DNA from: Cyanophyceae cyanobacterium
GTDB lineage: Bacteria > Cyanobacteriota > Cyanobacteriia > Cyanobacteriales > Laspinemataceae
Direction: 5' to 3'
Assembly: GCA_038321985.1 (NCBI GenBank)
Contig: JBBQFN010000036.1
Location: forward strand, 1 to 54,560
DNA length: 54,560 nucleotides
Of the stretch, positions 40,309-49,093 are shown piece after piece; the stretch's first letter is position 1; each line of letters opens with the position of its first letter. Position numbers and translations under genes: made by a program. The notes below the pieces were generated by a model that saw only the letters and a list, made by a program, of their open reading frames with translations, did no database searches and had not been told where the DNA came from.

Positions 40309-41043
40309 TTAAGAAAGTATCCGCCGCCTTTCTTCCTGTTTCTTGCGAATTTTAAAGCTAAAAATTGAGGCATTCAACCAAGCCAACCCCACCGCATAGC
40401 CGGCTAAAACATCAGTCGGCCAATGCAAACCGACATACATTCGACTCCACCCGATCGCCAGAACTAACAGCAGGGTTCCCGCATAAATCAACCCGCGCCA
40501 CCGGGGAAAGTACCTCCCTAACAAATAACCACAAAATCCATAAATAACCAACCCGATGGTAACATGACCGCTAGGAAAACTGGAGGTATCAAGATGATCG
40601 TTGATCAGTGACCAAATTTGCGGGCGATCGCGATTAAAACACGCTTTAATCAACAAATTAAGTAGGGTGCCTCCTACTGCCGCTATAAAAAACCCAAAGA
40701 ATTCGGTCCGCTGTCGGCGAATCCAAAACTTAACCCCCAACGCCATAGAAATAGGTATCAAGACAAAAGGTCCACCCAAAATAGAAAAACTTTTCATGAG
40801 GACATCAAGTAAGGGAGAGTGAGTTTTTTGAATGGCAAGCATGATATTTAAGTCCCAATCACGAGTCCTTAGATTCATGACGCCATCTGTAATATATAAA
40901 AAGGCTGCAATTGATAGTAAAAATAGCAGAATGCCTTGCCAAATTACCCTCGATTGAAGGGACCAAAAAGAGCGAGAATGAGACCGTTCTTGCCAAAAGC
41001 GAACCAGTCGCGATGCCATCTTCCGAAACTTAGAAATAGTCAT
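40309..41043 (-). CDS. PAP2 family phosphatase
   Basis: K..F.RDRP, SFPSGH, SRMYVGLHWPTDVLAG, TM helices. Confidence 0.92.
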   Translation of the reverse strand: MTISKFRKMASRLVRFWQERSHSRSFWSLQSRVIWQGILLFLLSIAAFLYITDGVMNLRTRDWDLNIMLAIQKTHSPLLDVLMKSFSILGGPFVLIPISMALGVKFWIRRQRTEFFGFFIAAVGGTLLNLLIKACFNRDRPQIWSLINDHLDTSSFPSGHVTIGLVIYGFCGYLLGRYFPRWRGLIYAGTLLLVLAIGWSRMYVGLHWPTDVLAGYAVGLAWLNASIFSFKIRKKQEERRRILS

Positions 41044-41349
41044 CTTTTAAGATAATAATCCACGTGAATCAAGGGGGTGATCCCCCACTTTAATTTTAGG
41101 GTTAAACAGGGGAGTCGCAACCGGGAAGTTCTTAGGGCAATTAAGTACAGCTTTCTGTGAGAGGTTCGACTCGGGACTTTAAAGGGGTGAATCGTTAAAG
41201 GTGAACCTTGAGTGAACGATCGCCCCTGAAGATATTCTAAATGAGGCCCGATCGCCCGGATCACCCGTGGAAATTGCAGTCACCCCAGAGACTCAAACCG
41301 GGCATTTTCTGGATATGATTAATAATTTGCAAGAACTTGTTGAGAACTT

Positions 41350-42435
41350 ATGACCCAGAACTACCGCATAACTCTTCTTCCCGGCGACGGCATCGGTCCT
41401 GAAATTATGGCGATCGCGGTAGACGTCTTAAACCTTGTCGGACAGCAACTCGACTGGAGTTTTACCTTCACCGAAGCGGCGATCGGAGGGTCTGCCATTG
41501 ATGCTACGGGCGAACCCCTCCCTTCGGAAACCCTCAAACAATGCCAAGATAGCGAAGCCGTCCTGCTAGCAGCGATCGGGGGCTACAAATGGGATAACCT
41601 CCCCCGCCAGCAACGGCCCGAAACCGGATTGTTGGGACTGCGTGCGGGTCTAAATCTATTTGCCAATTTACGACCGGCGACTATTCTACCACAATTGGTG
41701 GATGCCTCCAGTCTCAAACGCGAAGTAGTCGAAGGCGTTGATATTATGGTCGTCCGAGAACTCACCGGCGGCATTTACTTCGGTCAACCCAAAGGAATTT
41801 TCGAGACAGAAACTGGGGAGAAACGCGGCGTTAATACAATGGCTTACACGGAATCAGAAATTGACCGGATCGGGCGCGTTGCTTTCGAGACGGCCCGCAA
41901 ACGCCGGGGTAAATTATGTTCTGTGGATAAAGCAAATGTCCTAGATGTCTCCCAACTCTGGCGCGATCGCATCACTCAACTGGCCCAAGAATATAGCGAT
42001 GTAGAACTCTCTCACCTGTACGTTGATAATGCCGCCATGCAATTAGTCCGCTGGCCTAAACAATTCGATACGATTGTTACCGGAAACCTCTTTGGCGATA
42101 TTCTTTCCGATGCTGCTGCCATGCTAACGGGTAGTATTGGAATGCTTCCGTCGGCTAGTTTAGGTGCATCGGGTCCGGGTTTATTTGAACCCGTCCACGG
42201 TTCCGCACCCGATATCGCCGGACAGGATAAAGCTAACCCGATCGCCCAAGTTTTAAGTGCAGCGATGATGTTGCGCTATGGTTTAAACCAACCGGAAGCC
42301 GCTACTAAAATTGAGCAAGCTGTCCTCCAAGTGCTTGATGCTGGATATCGCACTGGGGATATCATGTCTGAGGGGATGAAACAGGTGGGCTGTCGCCAAA
42401 TGGGCGATGCTTTACTTCAGGCATTAGCTGGCTAA
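41350..42435 (+). CDS. leuB: 3-isopropylmalate dehydrogenase
   Basis: [46 protein letters not shown]. Confidence 0.98.
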   Translation: MTQNYRITLLPGDGIGPEIMAIAVDVLNLVGQQLDWSFTFTEAAIGGSAIDATGEPLPSETLKQCQDSEAVLLAAIGGYKWDNLPRQQRPETGLLGLRAGLNLFANLRPATILPQLVDASSLKREVVEGVDIMVVRELTGGIYFGQPKGIFETETGEKRGVNTMAYTESEIDRIGRVAFETARKRRGKLCSVDKANVLDVSQLWRDRITQLAQEYSDVELSHLYVDNAAMQLVRWPKQFDTIVTGNLFGDILSDAAAMLTGSIGMLPSASLGASGPGLFEPVHGSAPDIAGQDKANPIAQVLSAAMMLRYGLNQPEAATKIEQAVLQVLDAGYRTGDIMSEGMKQVGCRQMGDALLQALAG

Positions 42436-42461
42436 ATACACAGAGGTCAAACTCATAAAAA

Positions 42462-42486
42462 TTCCCACCCTAAAAGGGTGGGAATA
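42462..42486. terminator. Hairpin after leuB
   Basis: ATTCCCACCCT-AAA-AGGGTGGGAAT. Confidence 0.5.
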
Positions 42487-42557
42487 CCGGAAAAACCCAG
42501 GTCGCTGAGTCGCAGCAGCGCTAATTTGAATAACATTTTTAGAAACTAGATAGAGAG

Positions 42558-43427
42558 ATGATGTGGGATAAAATTGCTAAACAGATTTCTGAGGTAACGG
42601 GAGAAAACTTTTCCCTGGGCGATCGCCATTCGGTTGGGGGGGGTTGCATCAATCAAGGTTATCGCTTAACCGGAGGCAATCGCACCTACTTTGTCAAACT
42701 TAATCGCGCCGTGGAACTCCCCATGTTTGAGGCGGAAACATTGGGATTACAAGAAATGTGGGAAACCCAAACCATTCGTGTCCCTAAACCGATTTGTACC
42801 GGCCTCGCTGACGACTCTGCCTATATCGTTTTAGAGTGGATCGAACTTACCTCTCGCACCGATGCCTCAGCTTCCCGAAAAATGGGCCGTAAACTAGCGG
42901 CAATGCACCAGCATTCGGGTTGTGGAAAATTTGGCTGGAATCGGAATAATACCATTGGTTCGACACCCCAAATTAATACTTGGACCGCAGATTGGACCGA
43001 GTTTTGGGTGGAATATCGCATCGGGTTCCAACTGGAATTAGCAAGGCGAAAAGGGGGAAATTTTCCCCAGGGCGATCGCCTCCTTAATACTATTCCCAAA
43101 TTGTTGTCCAGTCATTCCCCTCCACCTTCCCTGGTTCATGGGGATTTATGGGGAGGCAATGCTGCCGTTACCCCAGAGGGTGAACCCACAATTTATGACC
43201 CCGCCACCTATTATGGCGATCGGGAAGTAGATATTGCCATGACGGAATTGTTCGGCGGATTCTCCGGGGCTTTCTATCAGGGATATAACGAAATTTGGCC
43301 GTTGCCTCCCGGTTATGAACAGCGCAAAACCCTTTATAATCTCTATCATATTCTTAATCACTTTAATCTTTTTGGGGGCGGTTATGGGTCCCAAGCTAAT
43401 AGTGCGATCGCCACCCTCTTGCGTTAA
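42558..43427 (+). CDS. Fructosamine/ketosamine-3-kinase family protein
   Basis: GGGCIN, FVK, FGW..NNTIGSTPQ.N, LVHGDLWGGN, DPA.YYGDRE.DIAMTELFGGF. Confidence 0.92.
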   Translation: MMWDKIAKQISEVTGENFSLGDRHSVGGGCINQGYRLTGGNRTYFVKLNRAVELPMFEAETLGLQEMWETQTIRVPKPICTGLADDSAYIVLEWIELTSRTDASASRKMGRKLAAMHQHSGCGKFGWNRNNTIGSTPQINTWTADWTEFWVEYRIGFQLELARRKGGNFPQGDRLLNTIPKLLSSHSPPPSLVHGDLWGGNAAVTPEGEPTIYDPATYYGDREVDIAMTELFGGFSGAFYQGYNEIWPLPPGYEQRKTLYNLYHILNHFNLFGGGYGSQANSAIATLLR

Positions 43428-43443
43428 AGTTTCCCCCCAAATC

Positions 43444-43634
43444 AGAAGCCCGGATCCTTAAGGATCCGGGCTTCTTTTATAAGCTAACCAGCGGCTATTA
43501 AAAAAATATCGAGGGTTCCAGTCATTCGGTGCCAGTTAGCGGTTTTGAAAACCGTATTGAAAGCCGTCAAAAATAGGTTAAAAACTTTTCTAGGTTTCAA
43601 GATAAGCAATAAATGTGAATATCTCATGAAGATT
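43444..43634 (-). ncRNA. Non-coding cassette copy 1 (putative sRNA gene with promoter and terminal hairpin)
   Basis: 32-bp palindrome 43444-43475; stem 43483-92/43531-40; phased repeats 43542-82; minus-strand TATCTT at 43599-604; box TGTGAATATCTCATGAAGATT 43614-34. Confidence 0.5.
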
Positions 43635-43782
43635 TTACGAACTTCCCCAAATTTTAGGGGAGGGGGTTTTGGTCTCCCCCAGGCGACTGCCCCCGCGCCC
43701 TGTATTCCTCGTCACCAAAAGGTTTCATTCAAAACCTGGGAATCGTCCAGGGCCACCACCTGAATGCTTGCCCAAAATAATC

Positions 43783-43971
43783 AGCCCAGATCCTGGGGGG
43801 ATCTGGGCTAAATTTTATAGACCGGCTGGCGATTATTCAATATGCACAGGAGGGGCAACCACTCAAGGCCAGCCAGTGAAATTTAAAAGAGCTTTGAAAT
43901 CAGTTAAAAAGAAGTTAAAGGTTTTATTGATTATCAATATATTCAACGAATGTGAATATCTTATGAAGATT
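43783..43971 (-). ncRNA. Non-coding cassette copy 2
   Basis: Hairpin 43783-809; stem 43821-30/43868-77; phased repeats 43879-919; minus-strand TATATT at 43936-41; box TGTGAATATCTTATGAAGATT 43951-71. Confidence 0.5.
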
Positions 43972-44106
43972 TTAGGGATATTCTAAAAATTTTTCAGGGC
44001 CGCTGGTCCCCTGGAAGGAGGGATGCCAGCTAATGCCCTGCCCCTACAAGGGCTTAGGGTTAGCGAAAATTATTAGAAACCGCCTAAAATTAGCTGAAAA
44101 TAATAT

Positions 44107-44288
44107 AACCAGACCCGTGAGAGTCTGGTTTTTTTTATAAACTGGCTGCGTTCTATTATCAGAAACGTTGGTAACAGACATCTAGCAGTCAGCAGTTTTT
44201 AAATGGGCTTTGAAAGATGTTAAGAACAGGTTTGGAACTTTAGCTGATTATCAGAATAATCGACAGGTGTGAATATCTTGTGAAGATT
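44107..44288 (-). ncRNA. Non-coding cassette copy 3
   Basis: Hairpin 44107-130; stem 44141-49/44185-93; phased repeats 44195-235; minus-strand TATTCT at 44253-58; box TGTGAATATCTTGTGAAGATT 44268-88. Confidence 0.5.
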
Positions 44289-44575
44289 AACAAAAATTTC
44301 CCACTTTTTTTGGTAGGTTGGGCCTGAGCATTTCCAGGCTGACTTAGGGCTTGTGAAGCTCTGGAGGAGAGGGTTTGAGCAATTAGGAGCCAACTTCTGA
44401 GTCAGGGGGTTGGTCTCGACCCCAGCTTAGATCAGGCGATCGCCCGTTCAACTGGGAAACCTGAAGCCCTTAAGGAACCGTCCCAGGCAAAGACTCTCGT
44501 AACAAAACTGGCTAAACTGTTCAAGAGGATTGCCTGATTAAATGTAAGGACTCGATACAATCACAAATTATTTAT

Positions 44576-45892
44576 ATGAAAAGACTGGCCTTCGTAACTT
44601 TGGGACTTTTATCCGTGGCGATCGCACTCCAGGCAGCGACTCAAACCCTATTGATTCATCCGGCGATCGGTCAGGGAGTCGTCACCGCCACGGGACCCCA
44701 AGCTCAACGGTTCCCCTCCTTTAACAGTCAGCGACTGGACGAACAATTGATCCGCTACCAGCAGCAGTTAAACGAATCCGGCCCTCCAGATATCTTAATT
44801 GTCGGGAGTTCCCGAGCATTACAAGGCGTCGATCCTTTAGCCTTAGAACTCGCCTTAGCCCATTACGGACATCCGGGACTAAAAGTCTATAACTTTAGCA
44901 TCAATGGGGCCACCGCCCGAGTCATTGACCTCGTGTTGCAAACTATTTTGACCCCGGATCAGTTACCGAAAATGATTATTTGGGCCGATGGAGTTAGAGC
45001 TTTTAATAATGGTCGTGCCGATCGCACCTATCAAGCTATTCTCGACTCCGAAGGGTATAGAGTCCTCTCCAGTGGAGTTAGACCCCTGCAAACCCAAACC
45101 ACTCCTGCTTCTTCCCCCACTGCACCTGCCACCCCTAGAACCGCACCCATGAGAAGGCAGCAAAGTAGTGTCCCGGGAGCTTTTTCTAATAAAACCGAAC
45201 CCCCACCCCCACTCTCCACCCATGATGACCCCCGAGAAGCCGTCGCCACCACTTATCAAGCCATGAATGTGTGGTTAGGGAGAGTCAGAGAAGAAATTGC
45301 CGCCACATATAATGGCGAGATGCAACAGGCAAGGTGGATCAGACGGGGTGACCCTACAGGCAGTCCCCCCAATCAAAGACCCAGCGTTCCGAGTCCCGGA
45401 ACAGGTAGACCCCCGTTACCGACAATGGAAGCCCTAATTGCACAGCAGACTCCGAACCAAATGCAACCCACCGGGTTCGTTCCTGTAAGCGATCGCTATA
45501 ATCCCGAGACTTATTATCAGAAACATCCGCGAGTAGCGGGACAATATGATGGAGATTATGCCGCCTTTAGCTTGCAAGGAGAACAGACCCGAGCATTAGA
45601 GGCGATCGCCACCTTTGCCAACCGCCAAAAAATCTCCCTAATCATTGTCAACTTACCGTTAAATAACGATTACTTAGACCCGGTAAGAAGTTCTTCAGAA
45701 CAGCAATTTCGCAGCCAAATGCAACGGATGGCCTCTCAAAGAGGCTTTATCTTTCGCGACTTAGGGCAACTGTGGCCGACCCAGGATAATTACTTTGCAG
45801 ACCCCAGCCACCTCAACCGTTACGGGGCCTTTTCCGTCGCCGTAGAACTCGCCGCTGACCCCTCAATTCCCTGGGGGAGAGCGAGGCAATAG
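44576..45892 (+). CDS. Exported SGNH-hydrolase-like protein (DUF1574-like) with Pro-rich insert
   Basis: Signal peptide, ILIVGSSRA, YNFSINGATA, FADPSHLNRYGA (DxxH). Confidence 0.75.
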   Translation: MKRLAFVTLGLLSVAIALQAATQTLLIHPAIGQGVVTATGPQAQRFPSFNSQRLDEQLIRYQQQLNESGPPDILIVGSSRALQGVDPLALELALAHYGHPGLKVYNFSINGATARVIDLVLQTILTPDQLPKMIIWADGVRAFNNGRADRTYQAILDSEGYRVLSSGVRPLQTQTTPASSPTAPATPRTAPMRRQQSSVPGAFSNKTEPPPPLSTHDDPREAVATTYQAMNVWLGRVREEIAATYNGEMQQARWIRRGDPTGSPPNQRPSVPSPGTGRPPLPTMEALIAQQTPNQMQPTGFVPVSDRYNPETYYQKHPRVAGQYDGDYAAFSLQGEQTRALEAIATFANRQKISLIIVNLPLNNDYLDPVRSSSEQQFRSQMQRMASQRGFIFRDLGQLWPTQDNYFADPSHLNRYGAFSVAVELAADPSIPWGRARQ

Positions 45893-45893
45893 A

Positions 45894-46106
45894 GAGATTG
45901 ATTTACTCGTCACGTTTGACCGGCAATTTTAGCGAGGTTTATCCGAAACGATTCAAATGTGTCAGGAGTTAGAAACCATTTTGGGTGGAGAAGTTGACTG
46001 GATTATCAAATCTGCGATCGCCCAAAGCGAAAATTAGCTACGCCGTCAACAGATACTGGAATCTGCACAAGTTATCTATGCCAAAAGCGCTAAAATCCCT
46101 GATTGA
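45894..46106 (+). pseudogene. Minimal nucleotidyltransferase (MNT antitoxin) remnant
   Basis: Frame reads EIDLLVTFDRQF*RGLSETIQMCQELETILGGEVDWIIKSAIAQSEN*LRRQQILESAQVIYA, with no start and stops at 45930 and 46035. Matches the MNT C-half pattern DIDLLV.F...EL...GR.VDL...S.NWLRR..IL.SA..IY. Confidence 0.75.
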
Positions 46107-46175
46107 GATTGAAAATCTTGAAGCACAAATACTCGGTTGGTTATAATAACAATACCCCCTTACTCCCGTTAACCC

Positions 46176-46391
46176 ATGCAAGCGTTTGAATTTAAAACCA
46201 TTCTCCAAAACGGAATGATTAGCCTTCCGTCGGAATACTCCCACCAGTGGGAAGGTAAAATCATCCGTGTCATTGTTTTAGAAGACATCGAAAACACTTC
46301 CCCTCCACTTGAAACGAACCCACTCAAAGGAAGCGTTCTGTTTGAAAATGACCTAATTTCTCCCATTGATGAACCTTGGGAAGCAGCTTAA
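46176..46391 (+). CDS. Small antitoxin-like protein
   Basis: 71 aa. AbrB-like N-half (NGMISLP...IRVIVL) and an acidic LKGSV...DLISP.DEPW tail typical of VapB-type antitoxins. Confidence 0.55.
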   Translation: MQAFEFKTILQNGMISLPSEYSHQWEGKIIRVIVLEDIENTSPPLETNPLKGSVLFENDLISPIDEPWEAA

Positions 46392-46424
46392 TTATTATTC
46401 TCGATATTTTTTAATACAAAAACC

Positions 46425-47486
46425 ATGACTCATAACCAAACCTTACAAAAAATCCCTTATCTTGAGTTTTTGAATACTGAACTTAAACCCATTCCGTATC
46501 GCACCGATAAACCCTTGGCGATCGACCTGTTTTCCGGTTGTGGGGGATTTGCATTAGGATTTGAAGCAGTCGGATTTAGAACGATTGGATATGAAATGGA
46601 CCCCGATGCCTGTATGACGTATCGGAAAAATCTCCATTCGGTTTGTCACAGGGTGCTGTTAACCCCTGAGAGTGAATTCGTTGAAGGCGCATCGGTCATT
46701 ATTGGAGGTCCTCCTTGTCAACCTTTTAGTGTCGGGGGAAATCAGCAGGGTGTCAAAGACAGTCGAGATGGATTTCCGATTTTTATCAATGCGGTAGAAC
46801 GCCATCAACCGGCGATCGCCATCTTTGAAAATGTCCCAGGAATGCGATTTCGTAACAAAGCCTATTTTGAACAAATTATCAGCAGCTTAAAAGCCTTAGA
46901 TTACCGGGTTGAATGGGAAATCGTGACTGCCACTGATTATGGTGTTCCCCAACGCCGTCAGAGACTGTTTTGTATCGCCCATAAAGGCGGATGGGAATGG
47001 CCCAAAAAAACTCATCACTTTCATCCCTACACCGCTGGAGAAGCCCTCGGAGAACTGGCATTAATGGCACCCCCTAACTCCAAATTTCTCACTCCTAGCA
47101 TGGATGAATATATTAGAAAATATGAAAAAGCCTCTAAATGTGTCAACCCTAGAGATTTACATTTAGATCGACCCTCCCGAACTGTAACCTGTCGTAATCT
47201 TAGTGCACCCACCGGAGATATGTTAAGAATTCGCTTACCGTCAGGTTGTAGACGCCGGTTAACGGTTCGCGAAGGCGCACGTCTGCAAAGTTTCCCCGAT
47301 TGGTTTGAATTTTATGGCAGCGAAGACAGTCAATGTAAACAGATTGGAAATGCCGTTCCACCTATTTTGGCAAAGTCTTTAGCAGTTAGGGTAAAGCTGT
47401 ACTTGGAAAATATGGGGCGATCACCCTCAACAAAATGTCTTCCATTTGAGGAACCTATTCAGTTATCTTTTGATTTTCCCACTTAA
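46425..47486 (+). CDS. DNA (cytosine-5) methyltransferase
   Basis: DLFSGCGG, GGPPCQPFS, FENVPG, YGVPQRRQR, RLQSFPD, QIGNAVPP. Confidence 0.95.
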   Translation: MTHNQTLQKIPYLEFLNTELKPIPYRTDKPLAIDLFSGCGGFALGFEAVGFRTIGYEMDPDACMTYRKNLHSVCHRVLLTPESEFVEGASVIIGGPPCQPFSVGGNQQGVKDSRDGFPIFINAVERHQPAIAIFENVPGMRFRNKAYFEQIISSLKALDYRVEWEIVTATDYGVPQRRQRLFCIAHKGGWEWPKKTHHFHPYTAGEALGELALMAPPNSKFLTPSMDEYIRKYEKASKCVNPRDLHLDRPSRTVTCRNLSAPTGDMLRIRLPSGCRRRLTVREGARLQSFPDWFEFYGSEDSQCKQIGNAVPPILAKSLAVRVKLYLENMGRSPSTKCLPFEEPIQLSFDFPT

Positions 47487-47498
47487 GATATTGTTGAA

Positions 47499-48470
47499 AT
47501 GACTGAACAAAGCAATTTTTTCAATGCTCAAGCTGTCCAGAAAACTGAACAAGCGAAGTTAATACTGAAAAGCCTTGGTCTTCCTCCTGGTCAGCAAAAT
47601 GACCGCTCTGCTTTGACTTTACTCGCTCTGCTGGATTTAAAGCCAGATACAAAATGGTCTAATGCGAGTAGTCCACTATTAGGAATTACTCCTATTATGG
47701 AATTCCTGTCAATACATTATCGCAAAAATTATAAGCCCAATACTCGCGAGACAATTCGCCGACAAACCATTCATCAATTTGTAGAGGCCGGAATTGTGAT
47801 TTCCAACCCTGACAATATTTCTAGACCTCCTAACAGTCCAAAAACTGTTTATCAAATGGAAAAAACTACTTTAAATTTACTTCGTAGATATGATACTGAT
47901 GAGTGGACTAACAGTCTCGAACTCTACCTGTTATCTGTAGAAACACTTTCCCAGCGTTACGCCCGGGAACGACATATGGAACGACTTGCCGTAGAGATAC
48001 CTTCAGAAGATACAATTTTTTTATCTCCCGGCGGACAAAATTTATTGATAAAAGAAATTATTGAGGAATTTTGCTCTCGCTTTACGCCCGGTGGGGTTTT
48101 GATGTATGTAGGCGATGCTGCTGATAAATGGCTTTACTTTAAGCCGGATATTTTCAACCGTTTGGAAATAACAGTCAATAGTCATGGTAAGATGCCCGAT
48201 CTCATGGTTTACCATATTCAAAAAAATTGGCTGGTACTTATTGAAGCGGTGACCAGTCATGGGCCAATCAATCCTAAGCGGAGGAATGAACTTCAAATCT
48301 TATTTGAGAATTCAACAGCCGGTCTTGTATTTGTTACTGCATTCCTTAATCGACAGGATTTGGCAAAATACATCAATGAAATTTCTTGGGAAACCGAAAT
48401 ATGGGTCGCTGAATCTCCTACACATCTGATCCACTTTGATGGAGAGCGTTTTTTAGGACCTTATGAATAA
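47499..48470 (+). CDS. BsuBI/PstI-family type II restriction endonuclease
   Basis: YKPNTRETIRRQTIHQF, NSPKTVY, LSPGGQN, HGKMPD, IEAVTSHGP, ISWETE.W.AE.P.HLIHFDGERFLGPY. Confidence 0.92.
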   Translation: MTEQSNFFNAQAVQKTEQAKLILKSLGLPPGQQNDRSALTLLALLDLKPDTKWSNASSPLLGITPIMEFLSIHYRKNYKPNTRETIRRQTIHQFVEAGIVISNPDNISRPPNSPKTVYQMEKTTLNLLRRYDTDEWTNSLELYLLSVETLSQRYARERHMERLAVEIPSEDTIFLSPGGQNLLIKEIIEEFCSRFTPGGVLMYVGDAADKWLYFKPDIFNRLEITVNSHGKMPDLMVYHIQKNWLVLIEAVTSHGPINPKRRNELQILFENSTAGLVFVTAFLNRQDLAKYINEISWETEIWVAESPTHLIHFDGERFLGPYE

Positions 48471-48473
48471 GTA

Positions 48474-48824
48474 TGCAATCCTTTTGGGTTTAAAAATGTG
48501 GCGATACTGATTCATGACTTGGGAGAATCGGTGAGGTCGGTATTATTTGATGATACTATTTTATTGCCGGAAGAGTTGAAAGAGAGTTTACAGCAGCAGT
48601 GGAATCGGTTGTCTGAATTGGAACAACCCGTGATGTTTCTGTTGGCGGAGGTGGAGAGGGCGGTTACTCTGTCAAAATTAATACAAACTAATACCATAGA
48701 CCCTGCGGATTTGCTGAATGGTCTGCACTTTTTATCGCCGCGTTGCTGGGTGGAACAACGAGACAATCTCTACAGTCTGTCTGTTGTCATTATTCAGTAT
48801 ATCAAGAGTCTCATTAAGTCTTAA
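48474..48824 (+). pseudogene. C-terminal remnant of an NB-ARC/STAND ATP-binding protein
   Basis: The in-frame upstream CNPFGFKNVAILIHDL resembles GNPL.LK.VA..I; also QQWNRLSELE and DLLNGLHFLSPRCWVE. No P-loop; begins 4 bp after the REase stop. Confidence 0.6.
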
Positions 48825-49093
48825 ACGGGGAAAAGCGGCCATGCTTTTCTAGTGAAATCTGCATTCTACGGGGATTTTACCCTTTCAACTGTGGCGATAA
48901 TGGAGGGATTTACCGGGGATTGCCTTGAGGATTAAAAAATTTTTTAAAGTTTACCGGATTTTCTAGTCTTTCTCTGTTTTTATTAAGTCTGGGATGACCA
49001 AAAAAGTGGAAAACCAGGAGATTTCATAAAATATTCCTGAAATTTTTAAGATTACTTGTAGGAGGGAATGACCAATTTACTCATACCAGTTTC

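Noticed and set aside
43614..43634. CRP (SyCRP1) site TGTGA-N6-TCACA
   Set aside because: The second half-site is CATGA/TATGA/TGTGA, a direct repeat rather than the inverted TCACA.
43545..43986. ORFs 43545-43763 and 43669-43986 sharing CEYLMKIL
   Set aside because: The similarity only reflects the DNA box. Both start with TTG without an RBS, the motif sits at different positions in each, and copy 3 is frameshifted by 1 nt.
43444..44288. CRISPR array or MITE interpretation of the triple cassette
   Set aside because: The period is about 320-340 bp with diverged units. There are no identical short repeats, terminal inverted repeats or target-site duplications.
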